From Dehalococcoidia bacterium (lineage in GTDB: Bacteria; Chloroflexota; Dehalococcoidia; UBA2979), in contig OZ252250.1 in assembly GCA_965249675.1 (NCBI GenBank), forward strand, positions 300,941 through 364,940: a stretch of 64,000 nt of DNA. The letters are read 5' to 3'. A model generated the notes under the pieces. It was not told where the DNA came from, did not search any database, and saw only the letters and a program-made list of their open reading frames with translations. Position numbers and translations under genes: made by a program. Shown piece by piece: positions 37,865-47,181 of the stretch. Position 1 is the first letter of the stretch. Each line of letters opens with the position of its first letter.

Positions 37865-39274
37865 ATGACCGGCTACGACTACGACCTGGTGACCATCGGA
37901 TCGGGGCCGGCCGCGCACGGTGCCGCGATCCAGGCGGCGAAGCTCGGCAAGCGCGTCGCCGTGATCGAGCGGTACCGGGAGATCGGCGGCGACGACGTCA
38001 ACGCCGGCAGCGCCAGCAAGACGTTGCGCGAGGCGACGCTCTACCTGACGGGCTATCGCGAACAGTCGACGTACGGCGACTCCTACGCCGTCAAGCAGAA
38101 CGTCACCATGAGCGACCTGCTGGTGCGGACGAGCCACGTGATGGAGGAGCAGACGCACGTCCTGCGCCGTCAGCTCGCCAGGAACCGCATCGAGATCATC
38201 ACGGCGCACGGCTCGTTCGTCGATCCGCACACGATCCGCCTCTCCACAGACGATGACAACGCGAGCCGCACGATCACTGCGGAGAAGGTGATCATCGCCG
38301 TCGGCACCTCATCCACCCCGCCGCCCCGGATCTACGCCGACGGGCGGCTGATCTTCGTCAGCGACGATGTCCTGAAACTGCCCGACGTACCGAGAACGTT
38401 GACGATCATCGGTGCCGGGCCGATCGGTCTGGAGTACTGCTCGAACTTCGCGGTGCTCGGCTCCCGGGTGACCCTCGTCGACCGCAGTCCCCAGCTCCTG
38501 CCGTTCGCCGACCAGGAGCTCGTCGAGACGCTCGCCTACCACCTCCGTCAGAGCGGCGTGACGCTGCGCATGAACGAAGAGGTGCTTGACATTGAGTACT
38601 TCAAGGACAGGCGCGGCGACCGCGTCCGGATCATCTTCTCCAGCGGCAAGCAGCTCGTCAGTGATGCCGTTATGTACTGTGTCGGACGCACGGGGAACAC
38701 CCGCTCGCTCGAGTTGCAGGCGATCGGCATCGAGCCCGACGAGCGGGGACGTCTGCAGGTCGACGACAACTACGAGACGCCGGTCAGTGGTGTCTATGCC
38801 GTGGGCGGCGTGGTCGGTTTCCCCGACCTCGTCTCGACCTCGCGGATGCAGGGCCGGCTGGCCGTCTGCCACGCCTTCGGCGTTGACACCAACCTCTCCC
38901 CGAGGTCCTTTCCCTACAGCGTCCGGACGATCCCCGAAGTGGCGATGGTCGGCATGACCGAGTCGGAGCTGACCGACCAGGGAATTCCCTATGAGGTCGG
39001 CAAGGCCGTCTACCGGGAGACCGTCAACAGCATCATCAAGGGGTACGAGGTCGGATTCCTCAAGCTGCTCTTCGACATCGAGACCCGCAAGGTGCTCGGT
39101 GTCCACATCCTCGGTGAGGGAGCGGCCGAGCTGATCCACATCGGTCAGGCGGTGATCGCACTGGGCGGAACGATCGACTACTTCGAGGAGACGGTGATCA
39201 GCTACCCATCGCTCGCCGAGTGCTACATGACCGCGGCGCTGAACGGGCTGGGCCGCCTCTCCGGATCAGGCTGA
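37865..39274 (+). CDS. sthA: Soluble pyridine nucleotide transhydrogenase-like flavoprotein (SthA-like, class I pyridine nucleotide-disulfide oxidoreductase fold without the redox disulfide)
   Basis: 469 aa. YDLVTIGSGPAA, VAVIERYREIGG, IIGAGPIGLEY and a C-terminal dimerisation domain ending AALNGLGRL closely recall E. coli SthA. The usual CxxxxC position reads GGDDVNAGSASK, with no Cys. Confidence 0.7.
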   Translation: MTGYDYDLVTIGSGPAAHGAAIQAAKLGKRVAVIERYREIGGDDVNAGSASKTLREATLYLTGYREQSTYGDSYAVKQNVTMSDLLVRTSHVMEEQTHVLRRQLARNRIEIITAHGSFVDPHTIRLSTDDDNASRTITAEKVIIAVGTSSTPPPRIYADGRLIFVSDDVLKLPDVPRTLTIIGAGPIGLEYCSNFAVLGSRVTLVDRSPQLLPFADQELVETLAYHLRQSGVTLRMNEEVLDIEYFKDRRGDRVRIIFSSGKQLVSDAVMYCVGRTGNTRSLELQAIGIEPDERGRLQVDDNYETPVSGVYAVGGVVGFPDLVSTSRMQGRLAVCHAFGVDTNLSPRSFPYSVRTIPEVAMVGMTESELTDQGIPYEVGKAVYRETVNSIIKGYEVGFLKLLFDIETRKVLGVHILGEGAAELIHIGQAVIALGGTIDYFEETVISYPSLAECYMTAALNGLGRLSGSG

Positions 39275-39505
39275 CCCGAGGGTCAGCCGACCAGCTCGGG
39301 TGGCGTGCGCCGGCGCTCGGCTCGCGTGACCCCGCGGTCAGTCCCGCGCGAGGAGGGTGAGCCCGACCCCTGGATCGAGCCGGCCCGACCGATGGTCGGC
39401 GGGAGGGCGTCGACTGACAGCGCAGGAATCGAGACCGGGGCGGGAGCAGAGGAGTGCTCGGGTGACGCCGCGGGGGCCCACTCCCGGGTGGCAGGAGGTT
39501 CAGAG

Positions 39506-40402
39506 GTGTCAGTGACCATCGACTGGCTCGGCTGCGCCACCTTTCGGCTGGCAGTCGACGGGCTCGTCATCTACCTCGACACCTATATCGATCGGCCGTC
39601 CGGCGCCCCGGACGCCGGGATCACGATCGACTCGATCAGCGAGGCCGACTATGCACTGATCGGACACAGCCACTGGGACCACATCGCCGGGGCTGACCGG
39701 CTCGCCCTCAATAGCGGCGCCACTGTGATCTGTTCCAACAAAGTCGGCGCGGGTCCTCAGGGGGCGTGGCGTGCCCGATGATCAGCTCTGGGCTGCGCAG
39801 GGGGGCGAACGGTTTCGTCTCGACGAGCGTATGACGGTGCGCATCCTGCCGAGTCTCCACTCCTGCATCTGGAGCAGAGCCGCCAGGCCCGGCACCGTCG
39901 TCACGGGAGACCTGGGATCACCGAGAACGAGCGCAACGCCCGCCTCGCCGAGCGCCGCGCTGATCGCCGGAAAGACCCCTCGGGAAGCGTTGCCGAACTG
40001 CGCCAGCTGATCGACTCGAGCGCTCACAGCGACAGCATCGGCGGAGCGCTCGACTACGTGATCGAGACGCCCCACGGCGACATTCTCTTTCAGGACATCA
40101 TGGGCTTCTTCACCGGCCTCTACACCGATAGGCGGGTCGATGTGACGCTGCTCGCGGCGCCTGGGCGCGGACACATCGACGGCGAGCCGATCCAGGGAGC
40201 GGTCGAGCACGTGATCGCCCGCGAGTGTGAGCTGCTGCGCCCCGCCCGCGTGGTGCTGAGCCATCACGACAACTTCGCCGGCATAGCGGACGCACCCGAG
40301 GTCGCAGATGTCACGCCGGTTCATGAAGAGCTCGCGCGCAGGCAGCCGGAGGTCGACATCCTGACGATGCAGCTCGGGGGCAGCATCACGCTCTTCGAGT
40401 AG
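39506..40402 (+). pseudogene. MBL-fold metallo-hydrolase with two 1-nt frameshifts
   Basis: AGGAGG then GTG 39506. Segment 1 is VSVTIDWLGCATF...IGHSHWDHIAGADRLA...ATVICS. Segment 2, in another frame, is SARVLRGRGVPDDQLWAAQGGERF...LPSLHSCIW...GDLG. Segment 3, in a third frame, is ITENERNARL...VIETPHGDILFQD...VVLSHHDNF...LFE*. The breaks lie near 39738-39744 and 39914-39917. Confidence 0.75.
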
Positions 40403-40604
40403 CCCCCGCGGGCCTGACCGGGGGCGTGATCTCTGGGCCCGGGCTCGGTCGCGGCAGCGTGCCGCCCCCCGGCCGCGACGGGGGAGCCCGGGCCGACTAG
40501 GCGGCGGGTCCTCCCCTCCCGGGGGGACCGGCCGATGCTCCGAAGGTCCCTCGTTTTGGTATAACCACCCTGTCACAGACACCCAAGTTCAGGGAGCGTC
40601 TTCC

Positions 40605-42008
40605 ATGGCGACCGCAGCAATCGAACTCCGTGCACACCTGATGCGCCGCGTCGGCGTGGGCGCCACCAGAGACGAGCTCGAGGAACTCAGCCTTCGGCCC
40701 TACGAGGAGATCGTCGAGGAGCTGCTCCATCCTGAGGAGCAAGTCAACCCCAACGCCGACCTGATCGATCGCTACTTCCCGGCCACCCACAGTCCCGATG
40801 CCCCGGGGACGCACGCCTCCGTCTGGATCTTCAACATGGCCCACAGCGGGGCCCCGTTGCGCGAGAAGATGGCGCTCTTCTGGCATCAGGTCTTCGCCAC
40901 CGCCTGGTTCAAGGGCGAACATGGGCCGGCGATCGTGCAGCAGCACCACACGTTCCGCGAGAACGGCCTCTGCAATCTCCGCGAGATCTTGCTCGACCTC
41001 TCCCGTGACCCGGCGATGATCAACTGGCTGGACAACTGCGAGAACCATGCCGAAGAGATCAACGAGAACTACGGGCGTGAGCTGCTCGAGCTCTTCTCGA
41101 TGGGCATCGGCAACTACTCAGAGGACGACATCAAGTCGGCGGCACGCGCCTTCACCGGCTGGACCTTCGAGCAGCCGATCCCGCTCTATCCGGCAGGCGG
41201 CTATCCCACTCACTTCGTCTACCGGCCAGACGATCACGACGATGGGGAGAAGACCTTCCTCGGCCGCACCGGCCGCTTCGGCGGCGAGGACATCATCGAC
41301 ATCATCGTCGCGCAGGAGGCCACCGCCCGCTTCATCGGGCGCCACCTCTACAACTTCTTCGTCGCCGACGAGCCGCAGGTGCCGGCCTGGAGCATCGCCC
41401 CGCCCCGCGATCCCGAGGCGATCGAGAGACTGGTGCGGGCCTACCAGGAGTCCAACGCCGACATCCGCCAGGTGATGCGGGTGCTGCTCAACTCCGACTT
41501 CTTCAAGGAGGCGCGCTTCGCGCGCGTCAAGAGCCCGCTCGAGCTGGTCGGCAGCGCCGCCAAGCTGGCGAACTGGCCGCAAGAGCCCGATCCGGTGATC
41601 GGCACCTGGTCGCCGGCGACGGCGGCGATGGGCCAGAAGCTGATGGACCCGCCGAGCGTGGAGGGCTGGCACACCGGTCAGGAGTGGCTGGATGCCGGCA
41701 CGCTGACCGAGCGCGTCAACTTCGCCGTCGAGCAGGTCATGGACACCTCGAGACCGGGCGTGCAGTCGATCGTCTCGCGCATCCGGAGCGAGGGTGACTC
41801 CGTGTCGCCCGAGCGGTTCGTTGAGCAGTGCCTCGACCTCGCCGGTCCCTTGCACGCCAGCGATTCGACGCGCCGCACGCTCGCCGAGTTTGCAGCCGAG
41901 GATGGCCCGCTCACCTTCGCCACCGAGTCCGAGCGGGACCGCAGCGAGGCACGCATCGGTCACATGCTGCAACTCGTCGTCGCCAGCCCCGAGTACCAGT
42001 TTGCCTAG
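40605..42008 (+). CDS. DUF1800 family protein
   Basis: 467 aa. HLMRRVGVGAT, LFWHQVFAT and NENYGRELLELFSMGIGNYSEDDIK are characteristic DUF1800 stretches. No signal peptide is evident. Confidence 0.8.
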   Translation: MATAAIELRAHLMRRVGVGATRDELEELSLRPYEEIVEELLHPEEQVNPNADLIDRYFPATHSPDAPGTHASVWIFNMAHSGAPLREKMALFWHQVFATAWFKGEHGPAIVQQHHTFRENGLCNLREILLDLSRDPAMINWLDNCENHAEEINENYGRELLELFSMGIGNYSEDDIKSAARAFTGWTFEQPIPLYPAGGYPTHFVYRPDDHDDGEKTFLGRTGRFGGEDIIDIIVAQEATARFIGRHLYNFFVADEPQVPAWSIAPPRDPEAIERLVRAYQESNADIRQVMRVLLNSDFFKEARFARVKSPLELVGSAAKLANWPQEPDPVIGTWSPATAAMGQKLMDPPSVEGWHTGQEWLDAGTLTERVNFAVEQVMDTSRPGVQSIVSRIRSEGDSVSPERFVEQCLDLAGPLHASDSTRRTLAEFAAEDGPLTFATESERDRSEARIGHMLQLVVASPEYQFA

Positions 42009-42041
42009 ACGCCCTGCCGGGCGACGGTCAGGAGTTCGCCG

Positions 42042-43199
42042 ATGAAGAGGATCAACGGTCAGGACCCCGTGCTGGTGGTGATCCAGCTGACAGGCGGGCT
42101 CGACTTCATGAACACCCTGATCCCACACACCAACGAGCACTACCGAGACGCCCGACCGACCGTGGGCATCGCCTCAGAAGAGGTGCTGCCCCTCAACGGC
42201 GGGAACGGCGACCTCGGCTGGCACCCGGCCGGCGCGGCGCTCAAGGAGCTTTACGACGCCGGCAACGTGGCCGTCGTGCAGGGCATCGGCTATGAGAACT
42301 CCAGCCGATCGCACTTCCGGGCGATGGACATCTGGCACACCTGCGAGCCGACCAAGATCTCGACCGAAGGATGGCTCGCCCGGGCCACCCGGGAGCTCGA
42401 TCCCGGCAGCGAGAATCCGCTCACCGCGGTCAGCTTCGGCCGCGGGCTGCCGCGCGCGCTCGCCGCACCCGGCGTCACGACGACCTCGATCGGTGACCTC
42501 GACCACTTCGGACTGATGACCAAGATCGAGGCCGAAGATGAGCGTCAGCGTGGGCTCGAGGTCTTCAAGCGGATGTATACGCCCGGGGTCGGCACCGGGA
42601 TCGTCGGCGACTACCTCGCCATGACCGGTCGCAACGTCCTGACCGGGATCGACATGCTGCGCGACGTACCGGGGCAGTACCACTCGACCGTGGAGTACGG
42701 CCAGAACCCGATCGCCAAGGCCCTGCGTGACGTCGCCCGGGTGCACACGGCGCGCCTCGGCACCCGGCTCTTTTACACCCAGCACTTCGGCTACGACTAC
42801 CACGCGCTACAGCCCGAGACGCATCCCAAGCTCCTCACCGACCTGACCGAAGCGATCTCCGACTTCATGGCCGATCTCCGCGAGCACAACGCCGCGGAGG
42901 AGGTGACGGTGATGGTCTTCACCGAGTTCGGGCGCCGCATCAAGGACAACGGCTCGGGGACCGATCACGGCTCAGGAGGCGGCGCCTACCTGATCGGCGA
43001 GCACGTCGATGGCGGCCTCTACTCCGAGTACCCGTCGATCTCGCCCGGTGACTGGCTGAACGGTGAGGACATGCGCCACACCTTTGACTTCCGGGGTCTC
43101 TACGGCACGGTCCTCGAGCAGTGGATGAAGCTGGACCCGACGGAGATCGTGAACGGTCACTACGAGCAGCTGAACCCCTACCGCTTGACCGCGAGCTAG
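42042..43199 (+). CDS. DUF1501 family protein (alkaline-phosphatase/sulfatase-like fold)
   Basis: 385 aa. VVIQLTGGLDFMNTLIP, SRSHFRAMDIWHT and EFGRRIKDNGSGTDHGSGG are present. There is no twin-arginine leader. Confidence 0.8.
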   Translation: MKRINGQDPVLVVIQLTGGLDFMNTLIPHTNEHYRDARPTVGIASEEVLPLNGGNGDLGWHPAGAALKELYDAGNVAVVQGIGYENSSRSHFRAMDIWHTCEPTKISTEGWLARATRELDPGSENPLTAVSFGRGLPRALAAPGVTTTSIGDLDHFGLMTKIEAEDERQRGLEVFKRMYTPGVGTGIVGDYLAMTGRNVLTGIDMLRDVPGQYHSTVEYGQNPIAKALRDVARVHTARLGTRLFYTQHFGYDYHALQPETHPKLLTDLTEAISDFMADLREHNAAEEVTVMVFTEFGRRIKDNGSGTDHGSGGGAYLIGEHVDGGLYSEYPSISPGDWLNGEDMRHTFDFRGLYGTVLEQWMKLDPTEIVNGHYEQLNPYRLTAS

Positions 43200-43240
43200 C
43201 GGGCCCGGGCCCCGGGTCTGAGGTCTGAGCGGGTGGAGAG

Positions 43241-44275
43241 ATGAGCGAAGAGATGAGCGAGAACGGCCAGCGCGCGGGCTACGCCGCCCACGAGGTGCTG
43301 CTGCGGGCGGGCTTCCCCTACCTGAAGACGCTGGGGATGCGCCGATTGACCTGGTATCCCGTCGACTTCGCGCTCGGCGATGAGGGGCGCATCTACTCGC
43401 TCTCACGATTCGAGCGCGCCGGTACGATCCGGGCGGTGAGCTACGACGATGTCGACCTCGGCGGCGTCGGTGGGGCCTACGTCTGGCCGGCCGGGATCGT
43501 TCGCGACCGGGACGAGCACCTCTACATCTCTGACGAGGCGACGCACCAGGTCACCGTACTGACACGGGAGGGCGAGGAGGTCGCTCGCTGGGGTGAGCAC
43601 GGCTCGGAACCGGGGCAGCTCAACCGGCCCTCACATATGGTCTTCGACTCAGAGGAGCATCTCTGGGTCAGCGACAGCATGAATCACCGGGTGCAGCTCT
43701 TCACGAAGGATGGCTCCTACATCCGGGGCTTCGGCAGCCACGGCCGGGAGCCCGGTCAGTTCGACACGCCGTGGGGCATCACGGTCGATCCGGAGGGCTC
43801 TGTCTACGTGGTCGACTGGCGGAACGACCGGGTCCAGAAGTTCACAGCTGGGGGCGAGTTCATCATGGAGTTCGGTCGCACGGGCACGGGCACGGGACAG
43901 CTCAACCGGCCCGCCGGCATCGCCGTCGACATGGACGGCGATATCTATGTCGCAGATCGCGGCAATGACCGGGTGCTGCTGTTCGATCGCAGCGGCCGCT
44001 ACGTCGAGCAGTTCATCGGCGACGCCACGCTCTCCCGGATGGGTCGCGACTACGTCCTGGCGAACCCGCGCGTGCTGCGCCTCCGCGACATGACGACGTT
44101 GGAGCAGCAGAAGCGCCTGCGCGCGCCGGTCTCCGTGCACGTCGACTGCGAGGGCCGCCTCTTCATCGGCGACTACGGCTGTCACCGCATCCAGATCTAC
44201 CAAAAGGAGGCCTACGCCCTCGGGGCGGCGGACGTCATGCCCCTCCCGCGCTCGCCGACGCTGGCAACGGTCTAG
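43241..44275 (+). CDS. NHL-repeat beta-propeller protein
   Basis: 344 aa. Repeated G..PGQ(L/F)(N/D)(R/T)P.G(I/M).(V/F)D..G..(Y/W)V.D..N.RV..F units, about six blades. Confidence 0.8.
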   Translation: MSEEMSENGQRAGYAAHEVLLRAGFPYLKTLGMRRLTWYPVDFALGDEGRIYSLSRFERAGTIRAVSYDDVDLGGVGGAYVWPAGIVRDRDEHLYISDEATHQVTVLTREGEEVARWGEHGSEPGQLNRPSHMVFDSEEHLWVSDSMNHRVQLFTKDGSYIRGFGSHGREPGQFDTPWGITVDPEGSVYVVDWRNDRVQKFTAGGEFIMEFGRTGTGTGQLNRPAGIAVDMDGDIYVADRGNDRVLLFDRSGRYVEQFIGDATLSRMGRDYVLANPRVLRLRDMTTLEQQKRLRAPVSVHVDCEGRLFIGDYGCHRIQIYQKEAYALGAADVMPLPRSPTLATV

Positions 44276-44316
44276 CCGACCGCTGACGCGGCCACCCTCG
44301 GGGCCGGGGTCACCAG

Positions 44317-44658
44317 ATGCCGATGATGTTCGGGTTTGCGGTCCAGCGTCGCCAGATGCTTGAGGCGGAGCTCGTGCGGATCGTCGAGGAGCTGCCGTCG
44401 CTCGGGGTCCTGCGCCTCTACGTCACCGGCGCCTTCGGCCGCCGCGAGGTGCGGGCCGACACCCCGCTTGAGGTGGTCGTCGTGCACGAGACCGGAGAGC
44501 CCTTCCGCCGCCGCGCCGAGTTCTTCGTCGATCACCTCCGGCCACGCCTCGAGACCCACTTCTGGGTCTACACGCCCGAGGAATTTCGGAGGCACGCTCA
44601 GGATGACCCGGTGCTGGCGGGCGCGATCGCCCTCGCCGAACCCGCCTATGCCCGCTGA
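44317..44658 (+). CDS. Minimal nucleotidyltransferase (MNT) domain protein, putative antitoxin of a HEPN/MNT pair
   Basis: 113 aa. LRLYVTGAFGRREVRADTPLEVVVV aligns with the GS...DxD NTase core, but reads GA...DTP. Its 3-prime end overlaps the HEPN ORF. Confidence 0.7.
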   Translation: MPMMFGFAVQRRQMLEAELVRIVEELPSLGVLRLYVTGAFGRREVRADTPLEVVVVHETGEPFRRRAEFFVDHLRPRLETHFWVYTPEEFRRHAQDDPVLAGAIALAEPAYAR

Positions 44659-45064
44659 CGAGACGGCCAGGTGGCGCAGGCAGGCCGGCTTCGACCTGGA
44701 GGACGCCCGCCTCTGCCGGGAGGCCGGCCGGCATGCTCCCGCCTGCTTCTTCAGCCACCAGGCTGCCGAGAAAGCCGTCGTCGCCTACCTCCACGCGCGC
44801 GGCGCCGATCTGGTCTGGGGGCACGGGCTCGCCGACCTCTGCGAGGACGCGATGGCCTTCGACCCCTCCTTCGACCTGCTGAAGTCGAGCGCCGTTCACC
44901 TCGATCGGCACTACCTCGGCGCCCGCTACCCGATCGGGCTGCCGGCCGGTGTGCCGTCTGAGGTCTACGACGAGGTCGACTCGGGCCGCGCGATCGAGAT
45001 CGCCACGGAGGCGCTGCGTTTCATCGACACGCAGCTCGAGGCGCTCCGGGCCGACGGGAGCTGA
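44648..45064 (+). CDS. HEPN domain protein, putative toxin of a HEPN/MNT pair
   Basis: ATG 44648 overlaps the MNT stop by 11 nt. A..DLEDARLC....H..ACFFSHQAAEKAVVAYL and LDRHYLGARYP are classic HEPN (PF05168-like) helices. Confidence 0.75.
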   Translation: MPADETARWRRQAGFDLEDARLCREAGRHAPACFFSHQAAEKAVVAYLHARGADLVWGHGLADLCEDAMAFDPSFDLLKSSAVHLDRHYLGARYPIGLPAGVPSEVYDEVDSGRAIEIATEALRFIDTQLEALRADGS

Positions 45065-45219
45065 AGGCCTCCGGCGCAGCTCAGCGGCCGAGCAGCCTGC
45101 CGGACTGCATGCCGTCCCGGGTCGCGGCCTCTTCCCGATCGCTGCGGTGAGGTCGGGGCGGCTGATCTCGTCTCTCCCGGTTGAGCCGCGTCCCGATCCC
45201 TTCGCTGCCGGACAGGGAG

Positions 45220-46035
45220 TTACGTTCGATCCGCCCCCTCTCGGATGGCGTCACGGACCGCCGCCGCGATCACCGGGAGCAGCGACTCCGCCGCATCGCG
45301 CTGCCGGTCAAGGTGAGCGAGCTCGCCGTCGCGGACCATGCGCAGGAACGGCGCTGAACCGGCCGCTGCCTTGCGCTCGACGCTTCGCCGGCAGCCGGCG
45401 ATCACCTCTCTGACCATCGGCGCAATCCCCTCGCCACCGGAGCGAGCAACTCCATATCCCTGAACGAGCGCCCGGATCCGCCCGTAGCGGTCCGGGGGTG
45501 CGGGGCAGTGCTCGAGCCACGGATCCTGATCGTCGCAGACGGGCGCAAACTGCCAGATGGCGTGGCAGAGGTCCCACAGTGGGTCGGAGATCCAGATGCC
45601 GTCCCAGTCGATCAACGCCACCGCCAGGTCGTCTCGAAACACCGTGTTGCGAGGAGCGACATCACCATGGCAGACCAGGGTTCCGGCTTGCAGGGCACTC
45701 GGCCCTTCCTCGAAACCGCCGGTCGGCGCGAAGTCAGCGACGGCCTCGTGATAGGAGCGCAGCAGCCGTCCGACGGAGGTGAGGGCCTCCTCGCCGAGCA
45801 TCCAGCTCTCATCTTCTCCCGGCACCCAGCCATCCACCCAGGAGACCCACATGGCACCGTCGGGCTCCATCGAGACGAGCTCCGGGGCACCGTCGAACCG
45901 CCGCCCGGCGAGGTGCTCCAGGAGTTGCCCGACCGACCGGGAGCTCGCGGTCGCCGGGCGCCACATCCTGCCACCGTCGCGACGAAACTCCGTGACCCGG
46001 CTCACGGCGGTCTCCCGTTCTGCGGCTCCTGCCAC
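45220..46035 (-). CDS. Phosphotransferase enzyme family protein (APH/choline-kinase fold)
   Basis: 271 aa. The catalytic loop VCHGDVAPRNTVF and the metal-binding LIDWDG are present. Confidence 0.75.
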   Translation of the reverse strand: MAGAAERETAVSRVTEFRRDGGRMWRPATASSRSVGQLLEHLAGRRFDGAPELVSMEPDGAMWVSWVDGWVPGEDESWMLGEEALTSVGRLLRSYHEAVADFAPTGGFEEGPSALQAGTLVCHGDVAPRNTVFRDDLAVALIDWDGIWISDPLWDLCHAIWQFAPVCDDQDPWLEHCPAPPDRYGRIRALVQGYGVARSGGEGIAPMVREVIAGCRRSVERKAAAGSAPFLRMVRDGELAHLDRQRDAAESLLPVIAAAVRDAIREGADRT

Positions 46036-46126
46036 GCTCCCCGAGAGCGTGCCAGCGGCGACGTGATCTTGCTGTCGCCCTTGCGATCTCAGGCGCAGCG
46101 CGCGATCCTACCGTAGGCCGCTCAGC

Positions 46127-46564
46127 GTGGGCGTAGTCTCCAGTGCCGGGGGAGGTGTGGAGATGGATACATGGCGGGGCAGACTGGCGATCGTCGGTGG
46201 GGCTACCGCGCTCCTCGTCCTGCTCAATGAGCTCTACTTTCCCTACAACAGGTCGGCCAGTCAGTTCATCTGGGACTGGATCGCCGACCCGTTGGCGATT
46301 GTCGTGATCGCGCTCATGATCGTGGTCAACGTTCGTGATTCTCTGGCGGTCCGCAACGGCCCGGGCGATCATCTGGCGCAACTGCCGCGCGACGTGATCA
46401 CCGCACTGGTGGCCGTCGTCTGGGTCCGTTTCCTCATGCAATACGCCGATAAGATCGCGCCCGACCATGAGCCGACATCGGGGTTGTGGGGGCACCTGAC
46501 GGCGCTCGCGATCGTGATCCTGGCCTTCGAGGCCCTCTCCCTCTGGCGCTCCGCCAGGCGATAG
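46127..46564 (+). CDS. Hypothetical integral membrane protein
   Basis: 145 aa; a start at MDTWRGR near 46163 is possible. Four hydrophobic segments. No known motif. Confidence 0.5.
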   Translation: MGVVSSAGGGVEMDTWRGRLAIVGGATALLVLLNELYFPYNRSASQFIWDWIADPLAIVVIALMIVVNVRDSLAVRNGPGDHLAQLPRDVITALVAVVWVRFLMQYADKIAPDHEPTSGLWGHLTALAIVILAFEALSLWRSARR

Positions 46565-46711
46565 GAGAGCGGGCGACGATTCTGGCGAGGTCGGTCGCCC
46601 GGGGCGGCGGTGCGGCGGGGCATCCAGATCGATGACCCGACCCCCAGCCTGCGGGATACCTCCGCGGGCGGGGCGCCTCGTATCGTCGTCCGGGCGCCCG
46701 AGGAGGATGCC

Positions 46712-47170
46712 GTGCGTTCTGAGGCCAGAACGGTCGCAGAGTACCTCGCCAGTCTCCCGGAGGAGCGCCGGGAAGCCATCGGGGCGGTGCGCACGGTGGT
46801 GCTCCACAACCTCCCCGATGGCTACGTGGAGACGATGAACTGGGGGATGATCAGTTACGAGATCCCCCTTCAGGTCTATCCCGACACCTACAACAAGAAG
46901 CCCTTGATGTACGCCGCGCTCGCCTCGCAGAAACGCCACATGGCGCTCTACCTGACGAGCGTCTATGCGCTTCCCGGCGCCGCGGAACAGTTCGAACGGG
47001 AGTACCGGGCGACCGGGAAGCGCTACGACATGGGCAAGTCCTGCGTGCGCTTCCGGCGCATCGAGGACCTGCCGCTCGCGCTGATCGGGCGCACCATCGC
47101 CGCCGTCGATCCCCGCTCGTTGATCGCGCGCTTCGAGGAGGTGCGCGCCGCTCGCCGCCCGAGACGCTAG
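46712..47170 (+). CDS. DUF1801 (YdhG-like) domain protein
   Basis: ORF trimmed to GTG 46712, preceded by GAGGAGGA. VAEYLASLPEERREAIGAVRTVV and KRHMALYL are present. Confidence 0.75.
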   Translation: MRSEARTVAEYLASLPEERREAIGAVRTVVLHNLPDGYVETMNWGMISYEIPLQVYPDTYNKKPLMYAALASQKRHMALYLTSVYALPGAAEQFEREYRATGKRYDMGKSCVRFRRIEDLPLALIGRTIAAVDPRSLIARFEEVRAARRPRR

Positions 47171-47181
47171 CAGACACCGTG

